Shown here piece by piece: positions 17,905 through 26,689 of a DNA stretch of 64,000 nucleotides. The stretch lies in assembly GCA_017620255.1 (NCBI GenBank), contig JAFZQU010000036.1, positions 30,009 through 94,008 of the forward strand, read 5' to 3'. Each line of letters starts with the position of its first letter. Position 1 is the stretch's first letter. The DNA is from Lachnospiraceae bacterium (GTDB taxonomy: Bacteria; Bacillota; Clostridia; Lachnospirales; Lachnospiraceae). The notes under the pieces are model-generated. The model had not been told where the DNA came from. It saw only the letters and a list, made by a program, of their open reading frames with translations, and searched no databases. Position numbers and translations under genes: made by a program.

Positions 17905-19668
17905 ATGAAAAAGAAATTAATGTCTGTGCTTCTTGCCGCTGCCATGGTAGCAAGTCTCACAGCCTGCGGTTCGGGAAATCTCCCGCCGGCACCTGCGGCA
18001 GAAGATGTTGCAGAACAGGCAACGGACGCACCTGCGGCTGATGTAGCAGAAGCAGAAGCAACACCCACCAACGCTGATACCAACATCTTACGCATCAATC
18101 TGGCTTCCGAACCGGATTACCTGGATCCCGCACTCAACTCTTCTGTTGACGGCGGATGCCTTGCGGTAAACTCTTTTGCCGGATTATATACGTATGATGA
18201 GAGCGGCGCACTGATCCCCGATCTGGCAGACGGTATGCCGGAGGTTTCCGCAGACGGAACCACCTACACAGTCAAGATGATCGACAGTGTATGGTCTAAC
18301 GGCGATCCGCTTACAGCGCAGGATTTCGTTTACAGCTGGAACCGTGTCATCGACGAAGCGACCGCAGCTGACTATGCGTACCTGTTTGATGTATTTGTAG
18401 CAAAATCAGACGGAACACTTGCGGTTGAAACACCGGATGATCACACTCTGGTTATGCAGCTGCAGGCTCCCTGCCCGTACTTCAATGACTTACTTGCATT
18501 CCCGACCTTCTTCCCGGTTCATCAGGCTTCCGTAGAGGCAGCGAATCCGGACGGAGACGTACCGGGCAAGTGGGCACAGGAAGCAGGCTTTGTCTGCAAC
18601 GGTGCATACACACTTCAGGAGTGGAACCACGACGAGAGCATGGTTTATGTGAAGAACCCGAATTACCATGCAGCAGACACTGTAACGATGGACGAACTGC
18701 ACTTCATGTTAAGTGCTGATGATACAGCCATCTATGCTGCATACAACAGCGGCGATGTAGACTACATCGATACGCTTCCCAACGACGAGATCGCTTCCTT
18801 AAACGGCATCAATCCTGAGTTCGGCATTCTGCCGCAGCTCGGAACCTACTATGTATGCTTCAACGTGAACGATCCGATGTTTGATGGCAAGACAGAAGAA
18901 GAAGCAGCTAACATGCGTAAGGCTATGAGCTACCTGATCGACCGCCAGTTCATCGTAGAGAACATCGGCCAGACCGGACAGGAAGCTGCAGACGCTTTCA
19001 TTCCTGCAGGTATGTCCGACGGTAACGGCGGCGAGTTCAAGGCAGGCGTTTCCTACTATGATGCAACCAAGACAGGCGCTGACATGGTAGAAGATGCAAA
19101 GGCTCTTCTGGAGCAGGCAGGCTACAGCTTCACCGATAACGGCGACGGCACCTATACAGTCGATCCCGCGATCAACATGACCTACCTGACAAATGACGGA
19201 ACAGGCCATATCAAGATCGCTGAATCCATCCAGCAGGATTTCGAAGCGCTCGGCATCAAGATCGAGATCAAGTCGGAAGACTGGAACGTATTCCTGGAGG
19301 ATCGTAAGAACGGTAACTTCACGGTTGCACGTGAAGGCTGGATCGCAGACTACAATGACCCGATCAACATGCTGGAGATCTTTGCTTCCGAGTCCGGTAA
19401 CAATGATGCACAGCTTGGTAAGGGTACACCGGTATCCTCTTCTCCGAAGTGGGATGAGTATGACAAGATGATCGATGAGATCCGTTATGACACCGATCTG
19501 GCTCATCGTGTGGAGACCATGCACAAGGCAGAAGACATGCTGATGAACACAGGCGCGATCATCCCGATCTACTACTACAACGATGTTTATATGCAGAAGT
19601 CCAATGTAAGCGGTATTTACGCAACCGTATTCGGTATGAAGTACTTCATGCATGCAGTAAAGAACTGA
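17905..19668 (+). CDS. oppA: oligopeptide ABC transporter substrate-binding lipoprotein (family 5 SBP)
   Basis: Lipobox LTACGS and a family-5 SBP-sized protein. It is the last gene of the opp cluster. Confidence 0.85.
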   Translation: MKKKLMSVLLAAAMVASLTACGSGNLPPAPAAEDVAEQATDAPAADVAEAEATPTNADTNILRINLASEPDYLDPALNSSVDGGCLAVNSFAGLYTYDESGALIPDLADGMPEVSADGTTYTVKMIDSVWSNGDPLTAQDFVYSWNRVIDEATAADYAYLFDVFVAKSDGTLAVETPDDHTLVMQLQAPCPYFNDLLAFPTFFPVHQASVEAANPDGDVPGKWAQEAGFVCNGAYTLQEWNHDESMVYVKNPNYHAADTVTMDELHFMLSADDTAIYAAYNSGDVDYIDTLPNDEIASLNGINPEFGILPQLGTYYVCFNVNDPMFDGKTEEEAANMRKAMSYLIDRQFIVENIGQTGQEAADAFIPAGMSDGNGGEFKAGVSYYDATKTGADMVEDAKALLEQAGYSFTDNGDGTYTVDPAINMTYLTNDGTGHIKIAESIQQDFEALGIKIEIKSEDWNVFLEDRKNGNFTVAREGWIADYNDPINMLEIFASESGNNDAQLGKGTPVSSSPKWDEYDKMIDEIRYDTDLAHRVETMHKAEDMLMNTGAIIPIYYYNDVYMQKSNVSGIYATVFGMKYFMHAVKN

Positions 19669-19690
19669 GTTTGAATCAGATCTGATAAAG

Positions 19691-19716
19691 CCCCCCGGCA
19701 AAAGCCGGGGGGTTTT
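19691..19716 (+). terminator. intrinsic terminator after oppA
   Basis: Stem CCCCCCGGC pairs with GCCGGGGGG, followed by TTTT. Confidence 0.85.
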
Positions 19717-19774
19717 GATTTGCTTGAATAATGGAAGGAGAAAGCGTATAATACCTTTCAGAAGGAGAGTCATC

Positions 19775-20476
19775 ATGAACATTGCGATCGCTGTATGTAC
19801 ATGTGCATTAATGGGGTACCTGATCGGCAGTATCAATCTTTCCTATCTGCTGTCGAAGAAGAAGGGATATGACATCCGCGAACACGGATCGGGTAATGCC
19901 GGCGCGTCCAACGTTGTGATCCTCATGGGTAAGAAGGTCGGAGCTGTTGTCGCCATCGCAGATATCCTGAAAGCTTTTTTTGTCGTCCGTATCGCGATGT
20001 ATCTCTATCCTGAATTTCCTTATGCACCCGTGATCGCAGCCACGGCCGTGATCTTAGGGCATATTTTCCCGTTCTATATGGGATTCCGCGGCGGCAAGGG
20101 TTTAGCGACGCTTGGCGGTTCGATCCTGGCGCTGGATTACAGACTGTTTCTGATCCTGCTCCTCTTTGCCCTGTTCATTGCGTTTGTGACGGATTACATC
20201 TGTTTCGCACCGATCACCTGTTCCGTACTGTTTCCGGTGATCTACGGGGTTGTACAGAAGAATCTCCGGTTTACGGCGATCCTGTCGATCTCTACGATCT
20301 TCATTCTTTACCGGCATATAGGGAACTTAAAACGGATCCGTTCCGGCAAGGAACTGCGCTTCAGTTTCTTATGGAACCGGAAAGCGGAAGCAGAGCGGCT
20401 CGGCGTGGAAGATGATGACGGGGTTAACTATCCGTTCTCCTATGACGAGAAGAACAAACAGGGACACAATATCTGA
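19775..20476 (+). CDS. plsY: glycerol-3-phosphate acyltransferase
   Basis: ORF 19715..20476. The ATG at 19775 follows GAAGGAGAG. GSGNAGASN motif and a multi-TM PlsY pattern. Confidence 0.9.
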   Translation: MNIAIAVCTCALMGYLIGSINLSYLLSKKKGYDIREHGSGNAGASNVVILMGKKVGAVVAIADILKAFFVVRIAMYLYPEFPYAPVIAATAVILGHIFPFYMGFRGGKGLATLGGSILALDYRLFLILLLFALFIAFVTDYICFAPITCSVLFPVIYGVVQKNLRFTAILSISTIFILYRHIGNLKRIRSGKELRFSFLWNRKAEAERLGVEDDDGVNYPFSYDEKNKQGHNI

Positions 20477-20514
20477 CGGTAAAAATCATACAAACAGCCT
20501 TGATTTTTTAAAAA

Positions 20515-20540
20515 GGGAGTTCAAAAGAACTCTCTTTTTT
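20515..20540 (+). terminator. intrinsic terminator after plsY
   Basis: Stem GGGAGTTC pairs with GAACTCTC (one G-U pair), loop AAAA, followed by TTTTTT. Confidence 0.65.
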
Positions 20541-20603
20541 GCTACAATAGATTGGATGTCGATGTATATTCGGCAAATATATTCAGAAACGGATCAGAAG
20601 ATT

Positions 20604-21818
20604 ATGCGTAAAAAAGAAGAAAACACAACAGAAACCTTAAGCATGAGCAAACAGAGAAAACTGGAGCGGGAGAAGAAGCGCGCAGCAAGCAAGCGCGAAG
20701 CGCTGCTCCTTCGGATTGCGGGGATCGTGATCTTAGTTGCTTTCATCGGTCTTGTCGGCTACGGGATCGGCAGTGCCGTGTACCGGAACATGAAGTCCGT
20801 GAAGCCGAGCAATGCTTACAGTGCGGAACTGGATGACAACGGATTCATCAAAAACGTGACCGCAAAGGACCTTGTAACTCTTCCGGAGTACAAGAACTAT
20901 ACGGCGCCGCTTTCGGAGATCGAATATCCGGATTCTTCCGTGGATGAGGATATCGAAAATGTTCTTTCCTCTCATCAGGTGCTGAATGAGGAAACGGATG
21001 CCAAGATCAAGGACGGCGACAAGGTTTCGATCGAATATGTGGGAACAGTGGACGGCGTTGCTTTTGAAGGCGGCAGCACGAACGGCACCCCTACGGATCT
21101 GACGATCGGTTCCGGCAGCTACATTGACGATTTTGAGCAGCAGCTGATCGGACACGGTATCGGCGAGACCGTCACGGTGGAAGTGACTTTCCCGGATGAT
21201 TACGGCAATGAGGAACTGAACGGCAAGGATGCCGTATTTACGGTTGATATCGACGGGATCTATGAGAAGCCCGAATTCACGGATGCATTTGTCGAAGAGA
21301 ACCTTTCCGAGTACGCATCGACGGTTGAAGAATACCGTCAGTACTTAAAAGACAGCCACTACGACGACAACCTGAAAGACTGGGTGGAGGATTATCTGGT
21401 GGATAACAGCACGGTCTCTTCCTACCCGAAAGCTTATCTCAAGAACCTGAAATCCACACAGAAATACACGGATCAGGAGCAGTTTGAGTCCATGAACCAG
21501 ATGTACATGCAGTACTACGGTTCCACCATGTATGAAAGCTTTGAAGATTATGTGGGACAGACGGAAGCGGAATATGATGCATCCCTGCAGGAGACCTGCG
21601 AAGAACAGGCCAAGGCGGAACTCGTATACCAGGCGATCCTCGAAAACGAGGGCGTGACCGTCAGCGAAGCTGATTACAGGGCATATCTGACAGAGAAAGA
21701 CGGTTCGGATGACTCCTTCAATTCGATGGTGGAAGAGCACGGTCTCGGCTATACAATGAAGGATATGGTCAAGAACAAAGCGGTGGAGATCGCACTGAAG
21801 GGCGTTACGGTAAAATAA
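20604..21818 (+). CDS. membrane-anchored trigger-factor-like FKBP-type peptidyl-prolyl isomerase
   Basis: ORF 20412..21818. The start is uncertain (ATG 20604 chosen). Basic N-terminus, then TM helix LLLRIAGIVILVAFIGLVGYG, then a PPIase block KDGDKVSIEYVGTVDGVAFEGGS..DFEQQLIGH as in trigger factor. Confidence 0.7.
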   Translation: MRKKEENTTETLSMSKQRKLEREKKRAASKREALLLRIAGIVILVAFIGLVGYGIGSAVYRNMKSVKPSNAYSAELDDNGFIKNVTAKDLVTLPEYKNYTAPLSEIEYPDSSVDEDIENVLSSHQVLNEETDAKIKDGDKVSIEYVGTVDGVAFEGGSTNGTPTDLTIGSGSYIDDFEQQLIGHGIGETVTVEVTFPDDYGNEELNGKDAVFTVDIDGIYEKPEFTDAFVEENLSEYASTVEEYRQYLKDSHYDDNLKDWVEDYLVDNSTVSSYPKAYLKNLKSTQKYTDQEQFESMNQMYMQYYGSTMYESFEDYVGQTEAEYDASLQETCEEQAKAELVYQAILENEGVTVSEADYRAYLTEKDGSDDSFNSMVEEHGLGYTMKDMVKNKAVEIALKGVTVK

Positions 21819-21841
21819 CCTGAAGCCTTTTAAGGAGAGCA

Positions 21842-23911
21842 ATGGAAACATACATACCATTACGGGAACTGGCATCCCACCTACATCTGCATAAAGGCGA
21901 CCGCATTTTTGTCACGTCTGACGTGAAGCAGCTTCTGTACGATCTGATCACGCATGAGGACGAGACGGATCTGCAGATCCTGATCGACGGGATCATCCGG
22001 GAGATCGGGGAAGAGGGTACGCTTGTTTTCCCGACCTTTAACTGGGCGTTCTGCAGGGGCGAGGCCTATGACCATTACAAGACGCCCTGCAAGACAGGGT
22101 CGCTTGGGAAACTGGCGCTTGCAAGGGATGATTTTAAAAGAACAAAACACCCGATCTATTCGTTTGCGGTTTGGGGAAAGGGGCAGGAGGAACTGTGCGC
22201 CATGGATAATCACAGTTCGTTCGGGATCGATTCCCCCTTTACCTACATGCTTGAACACGGTTTCCGCAATCTCTTCATAGACAAGGATCTGCAGCACTCT
22301 TTTGTGTTCGTACACTATGTGGAAGAAACCGTCGGGCCGGTCCCGTACCGCTATCTGAAGGATTTTACCGCGGATTACACGGACGATAAGGGTGTTACCA
22401 GAAAAGCGACCTACTCGATGAACGTGCGCGATCTGGATCTTGATGTGGAGAACGTGATCTACGCCTATGAGCCGGAATTCGAAGAAAAAGGCGTGATGGA
22501 GCGCTTCTTCGTGAACGGTCTGGAATATAAACTGATCGAATTGCAGGGCGCGTTTCCGATCATTGCGGAGGACGTGCGGCATAACCGTTCGAGAAGACTC
22601 TGTAGCTACATCGGGCAGGATGATACGAGATATCCCGATGAGGGACGTGCAATGTTTGATCTCTGCAAAGAGATGTTCCCGATCTGCAGGAGCATTACCG
22701 GAAACGGTGTACGGGAAACCTTTGCACTGATCCGGAAGATCCTTCCGGAAATGCAGCTGTTTGAAGTTCCGAGCGGAACGGAAGTGTTTGACTGGACGAT
22801 CCCCAAAGAGTGGAATATCACGGAAGCCTATCTCGAGGATGAGAGCGGGAAGCGGATCGTGGACATGGCTGATACGAATCTGCATGTACTCGGTTATTCT
22901 GTTCCGGTCGACGAGAAACTCTCTCTGCAGGAACTGCAGGAGCATTTATACTCCCTGAAAGACCAGCCGGACCTGATCCCCTATGTAACTTCCTACTATA
23001 AGGAGCGCTGGGGCTTCTGCATGACACAGAAGATGCGGGATTCCCTTAAGGAGCAGACCTATCATGCCGTGATCCGCTCGACGCTGACAGACGGCAGTCT
23101 GACTTACGGCGAACTGATCGTACCCGGAGAAACGGATGAGGAGATCTTCCTGTCCAGTTATGTCTGCCATCCATCCATGGCAAACAACGAATGCTCGGGG
23201 CCTGCGCTTTTGACATATGTTGCGCGCTATATCCTTGCGATGCCGCATAGGAAATACACATACCGCCTTGTTCTGGCACCGGAAACGATCGGGGCCCTGA
23301 CTTATTTAAGCAGGCACTTGTCGGAACTCCGCGAAAAAGTCATTGCGGCCTTTAACTTAACCTGCGTCGGGGATGACAGGACCTACTCCCTGGTGCACAG
23401 CAAATACAGGGATACGCTTGCGGACCGTGTGCTCGAAACCGTACTGAAGTTTCACGCACCGGACTACAAGGATTATTCCTATCTGAAGAGAGGTTCGGAC
23501 GAGCGGCAGTACCAGGCACCGGGAGCCGATATCCCCATGGTGTGTTTTTGCCGTTCCAAATATCATGTTTATCCGGAATATCACACCAGTGCGGATAACC
23601 TGGATCTGATCTCGCCGGACGGACTGGCCGGCAGCTATGATGTGATCCTGCAGTGTATCGAGGCACTGGAACATAACGAAACGTATCAGATCACGACGAT
23701 CGGGGAACCGAAGCTCGGAAAGTACGGTCTGATGCCGACGATGAGTTCCAAGGAAACCTACCAGGAAACGCTGATCATCAAAGATGTCTGCGCCTATGCG
23801 GACGGCAGGAATGATCTGCTGAAATTGTCGGAACTGATCGAAAAGCCTGTCAGGGAGATCATTCCGGTCATGGAAAAACTCAGGCAGGCGGGACTTTTGA
23901 AACCGGTATGA
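21842..23911 (+). CDS. fusion protein: AAC(3)-family N-acyltransferase-like domain + aminopeptidase-like DUF2172/DUF4910 domain with winged-helix tail
   Basis: N-terminal blocks HKGDRIFVTSD, GTLVFPTFNW, KHPIYSFAVWG and HYVEE..PYRY resemble the aminoglycoside 3-N-acetyltransferase fold. The rest resembles M28-like 'aminopeptidase-like domain' proteins. Domain names are from memory and were not searched. Confidence 0.6.
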   Translation: METYIPLRELASHLHLHKGDRIFVTSDVKQLLYDLITHEDETDLQILIDGIIREIGEEGTLVFPTFNWAFCRGEAYDHYKTPCKTGSLGKLALARDDFKRTKHPIYSFAVWGKGQEELCAMDNHSSFGIDSPFTYMLEHGFRNLFIDKDLQHSFVFVHYVEETVGPVPYRYLKDFTADYTDDKGVTRKATYSMNVRDLDLDVENVIYAYEPEFEEKGVMERFFVNGLEYKLIELQGAFPIIAEDVRHNRSRRLCSYIGQDDTRYPDEGRAMFDLCKEMFPICRSITGNGVRETFALIRKILPEMQLFEVPSGTEVFDWTIPKEWNITEAYLEDESGKRIVDMADTNLHVLGYSVPVDEKLSLQELQEHLYSLKDQPDLIPYVTSYYKERWGFCMTQKMRDSLKEQTYHAVIRSTLTDGSLTYGELIVPGETDEEIFLSSYVCHPSMANNECSGPALLTYVARYILAMPHRKYTYRLVLAPETIGALTYLSRHLSELREKVIAAFNLTCVGDDRTYSLVHSKYRDTLADRVLETVLKFHAPDYKDYSYLKRGSDERQYQAPGADIPMVCFCRSKYHVYPEYHTSADNLDLISPDGLAGSYDVILQCIEALEHNETYQITTIGEPKLGKYGLMPTMSSKETYQETLIIKDVCAYADGRNDLLKLSELIEKPVREIIPVMEKLRQAGLLKPV

Positions 23912-23929
23912 CCATCGGAAAGGATACGG

Positions 23930-24187
23930 ATGCTACCCATGAGCAGAGAAGAAGTATTTGAGAAAGTACAGGAAATATTCCGGGATGTCTTTGACGATGA
24001 GACCCTGACGATTTCCGATCAGACCAACTCTGATGAGATCGATGACTGGGATTCACTCGAGCATATCTCCCTGATCGTTTCGATGGAAAAGGAATTCTCC
24101 ATGAAATTTGACATCAAGGAAGTGAACCTTCTGGAAAATGTCGGCGAAATGATCGACCTGATCATAAGAAAGATGAACGAAGCATGA
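23930..24187 (+). CDS. acyl carrier protein
   Basis: 85-aa acidic protein with DDWDSLEH (DSL phosphopantetheine-attachment serine) at the usual position. Confidence 0.8.
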   Translation: MLPMSREEVFEKVQEIFRDVFDDETLTISDQTNSDEIDDWDSLEHISLIVSMEKEFSMKFDIKEVNLLENVGEMIDLIIRKMNEA

Positions 24188-24612
24188 ACCGGTATACCTA
24201 TGAAGAGATAACGATCGGACAGACGGAGCGCTTCAGCGTGACGGTCACGCAGCAGATGCAGGACGATTTCCGAAAGATCACGGGCGACTTAAACCCTCTG
24301 CACGCCGATGCTGCATATGCGGCATCCCACGGGCATAAGGGTCCTGTTGTTTTCGGAATGCTGACATTGTCGTTCCTGTCGACTTTGGCCGGTATGTATC
24401 TGCCCGGCGAGCGCAGCCTGATCCATGAGACGGAAGGGAAACTGCGCAGACCGGTCTATATCGGCGATGAACTCACCATTGAGGGGACCGTGTCCGATAA
24501 AAGCGATGCCGTGCATGTGATCACCGTGAAGTATACGATCACAAACCAGGACGGCGTCAAGGTTGCAAGAGGGCAAATGCAGATCGGAGTGGAAGGAGAA
24601 GGCAATGGATGA
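24184..24612 (+). CDS. MaoC-like (R)-specific enoyl hydratase/dehydratase (hotdog fold)
   Basis: Hydratase-2 motif ITGDLNPLHADAAYAAS. The start overlaps the ACP stop (ATGA). Confidence 0.8.
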   Translation: MNRYTYEEITIGQTERFSVTVTQQMQDDFRKITGDLNPLHADAAYAASHGHKGPVVFGMLTLSFLSTLAGMYLPGERSLIHETEGKLRRPVYIGDELTIEGTVSDKSDAVHVITVKYTITNQDGVKVARGQMQIGVEGEGNG

Positions 24613-25366
24613 ACAGAAACTGGAACAGTTGCGCACTTATATAGACGATGCGCAGAAAATCGTTTTTTTCGGCGGAGCAGGCGTTTCCACGGAAAGCGGT
24701 GTGCCGGATTTCCGCAGCAAGGACGGACTGTACAACCAGCATGACGTGCGGTTTGACAAATACCGCCCGGAATACCTGTTAAGCCACAGCTGCCTGATGC
24801 ACGAACCCGAGGTCTATTTTGAGTTCCACAGGCAGAAGATGGATACCCGCAGGATCGAGCCGAACAATGCGCATAAGTATCTGGCGGAACTTGAGAAGAT
24901 GGGCAAACTGACTGCGGTCGTGACACAGAATATCGACGGCCTGCATCAGAAGGCCGGCAGTAAAAAGGTTTATGAGATCCACGGGAGCGCACTGCGCAAT
25001 TATTGCATCAGATGCGGTAAGACCTTCCCGGAAGACTATATTTTCGAATCAGCGGAAGCGATCCCGCACTGCGAATGCGGCGGCATGATCCGTCCGGACA
25101 TCACTCTCTATGAAGAGAGCCTGCCGGAGGATGCGGTCGGTGCATCGATCAGCGCCATCGCCGATGCGGACATGCTGATCATCGGCGGCACATCGCTGAC
25201 CGTTTATCCTGCAGCTTCCTATATCAATTATTTCTCCGGCAAATACCTCGTGATCATCAACCGCGATGCGCTGGACGTGCGTGCCGCCAAAAACACGCTC
25301 ATGATCACGGACAAGATCGGAGAAGTCTTTGCGGCCCTTGCCGAAAAACAGGGGATAAAGCTGTAA
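24605..25366 (+). CDS. cobB: NAD-dependent protein deacylase (sirtuin, CobB/Sir2 family)
   Basis: ORF 24563..25366. The ATG at 24605 overlaps the MaoC stop by 8 nt. GAGVSTESGVPDFRS, QNIDGLH, catalytic HG and Zn ribbon CIRCG..CECGG. Confidence 0.85.
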   Translation: MDEQKLEQLRTYIDDAQKIVFFGGAGVSTESGVPDFRSKDGLYNQHDVRFDKYRPEYLLSHSCLMHEPEVYFEFHRQKMDTRRIEPNNAHKYLAELEKMGKLTAVVTQNIDGLHQKAGSKKVYEIHGSALRNYCIRCGKTFPEDYIFESAEAIPHCECGGMIRPDITLYEESLPEDAVGASISAIADADMLIIGGTSLTVYPAASYINYFSGKYLVIINRDALDVRAAKNTLMITDKIGEVFAALAEKQGIKL

Positions 25367-25374
25367 AAAAGTCC

Positions 25375-25403
25375 TTGAATTGCCTATGTTTTTGTGTTAT
25401 CAT
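25375..25403 (+). promoter_or_regulatory. sigma-A-type promoter for rpsF-ssb-rpsR
   Basis: TTGAAT (25375..25380), 17-nt spacer, TATCAT (25398..25403), preceded by TGT (extended -10). Confidence 0.55.
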
Positions 25404-25409
25404 GGTTAC

Positions 25410-25519
25410 TCGTGATACACTATAGGAATCCCGGCTCATGGAGATTCGCTTTGCGAAGAGCCGGACAAACCTTGCTCCGGTCGCGAACCGGGGCCAGAGA
25501 CCAAAAGGAGGTATAGCAT
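25410..25519 (+). promoter_or_regulatory. structured 5' leader of rpsF (possible S6:S18 autoregulatory leader)
   Basis: Nested hairpins CCGGCTC/GAGCCGG enclosing TTCGC/GCGAA, then CCGGT/ACCGG, between the promoter and the AAGGAGG RBS. The class assignment was not verified. Confidence 0.35.
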
Positions 25520-25807
25520 ATGAGCAAATATGAATTATGCGTTGTTCTTAATGCTAAGATCGAAGACGAAGAGAGAGCGGCCGTTCTCGAAAAGGTTAAG
25601 GGGTACATCACCCGTTTCGGCGGCACGATCACAAACGTTGACGAGTGGGGCAAGAAGAAACTTGCTTACGAAGTGCAGAAGATGACTGAAGGCTTCTACT
25701 ACTTCATTCAGTTTGACGCTGAAACAGACGCCCCTCGCGAGATCGAGAATCGCATTCGCATTATGGAAAACGTCATGAGATTTTTGATCGTTAAGCAAGA
25801 CGCCTGA
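25520..25807 (+). CDS. rpsF: 30S ribosomal protein S6
   Basis: MSKYELCVVLNAK.. sequence and the conserved rpsF-ssb-rpsR order. Confidence 0.95.
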   Translation: MSKYELCVVLNAKIEDEERAAVLEKVKGYITRFGGTITNVDEWGKKKLAYEVQKMTEGFYYFIQFDAETDAPREIENRIRIMENVMRFLIVKQDA

Positions 25808-25824
25808 TAGAAAGTGAGTATATT

Positions 25825-26274
25825 ATGAATAAAGTCATTTTAATGGGTCGTTTAACAAGAGATCCCGAAGTGAGATACTCATCAGGGGATTCAAGCATGG
25901 CAATCGCAAGGTATTCCCTTGCTGTTGACAGAAGAGGCAGAAGAAACGGTAACGGTGACGAGCCGACAACGGATTTCTTTAACTGTGTTGCTTTTGGCAG
26001 ACAGGGAGAATTCGCTGAGAAATACCTCAAGAAAGGTATGAAGATCGCTGTTACGGGACGTATTCAGACCGGCAGTTACACGAACAAGGAAGGGCAGAAG
26101 GTCAACACGGTGGATATCGTGGTGGAAGACCATGAATTCTGCGAGAGCAAGAACGCTTCTTCCGAAAATGCCGGCTTTGTACCTGCTGCAAAGCAGGAAA
26201 CACAGACGAATGAAGTCAATGACGGCTTCATGAACATCCCGGACGGGATCGAGGAAGAACTGCCTTTTAATTAA
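25825..26274 (+). CDS. ssb: single-stranded DNA-binding protein
   Basis: MNKVILMGRLTRDPE OB-fold start and an acidic tail ending EEELPF. Confidence 0.95.
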   Translation: MNKVILMGRLTRDPEVRYSSGDSSMAIARYSLAVDRRGRRNGNGDEPTTDFFNCVAFGRQGEFAEKYLKKGMKIAVTGRIQTGSYTNKEGQKVNTVDIVVEDHEFCESKNASSENAGFVPAAKQETQTNEVNDGFMNIPDGIEEELPFN

Positions 26275-26304
26275 CTATTTGTTTTTCGCGTAGGAGGTAA
26301 TCAA

Positions 26305-26580
26305 ATGGCATATAATAAACCACAGGGTGACGGTGAGAGAAATGACTCTCAGATGAGAAGAAGAGGCGGGATCCGCAGAAGAAAGAAAGTATGCGTGTTC
26401 TGCGGCAAGGAAAAAGAACTTGACTACAAGGATGCAGCTACCTTAAAGAAATATGTATCCGAGAGAGGCAAGATCTTACCGAGACGTATCACAGGCAACT
26501 GCGCAAAGCATCAGAGAGCGCTCACGGTTGCGGTAAAAAGAGCAAGACACGTAGCGATCATGCCTTACGTACAGGACTAA
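26305..26580 (+). CDS. rpsR: 30S ribosomal protein S18
   Basis: [33 protein letters not shown] pattern. Confidence 0.95.
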   Translation: MAYNKPQGDGERNDSQMRRRGGIRRRKKVCVFCGKEKELDYKDAATLKKYVSERGKILPRRITGNCAKHQRALTVAVKRARHVAIMPYVQD

Positions 26581-26594
26581 ACAGACCACAAAAG

Positions 26595-26623
26595 AGGGCT
26601 CCCCAAGAGGGGGCCCTTTGTTT
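26595..26623 (+). terminator. intrinsic terminator after rpsR
   Basis: GC-rich stem AGGGCTCCCC pairs with GGGGGCCCT (one bulge), followed by TTTGTTT. Confidence 0.75.
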
Positions 26624-26650
26624 GACAAAACAGGTGAAAACCCGTATACT
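26622..26650 (+). promoter_or_regulatory. sigma-A-type promoter for the acyl-CoA synthetase gene
   Basis: TTGACA (26622..26627), 17-nt spacer, TATACT (26645..26650). Confidence 0.55.
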
Positions 26651-26689
26651 TCACTTTAGCGAATAAAAGTGTAAAAGGGAGCAATTGCA

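Noticed and set aside
18799-19836. 345-aa minus-strand ORF
   Set aside because: It is entirely antisense to oppA, whose sense frame has a lipobox and a family-5 SBP character. It has no RBS, and its Cys/His/Val-rich composition is typical of a shadow frame.
21881-22945. 354-aa minus-strand ORF
   Set aside because: It is antisense to the AAC(3)-like/aminopeptidase-like fusion gene. No motif is recognisable, so it is a shadow ORF in a stop-poor frame.
24605-25366. Sirtuin as an anti-phage SIR2 effector (Thoeris/DSR/pAgo-type)
   Set aside because: It is a short, canonical CobB-type sirtuin with an intact Zn ribbon and no fused sensor or partner defence genes. Its neighbourhood is metabolic (ACP, MaoC).
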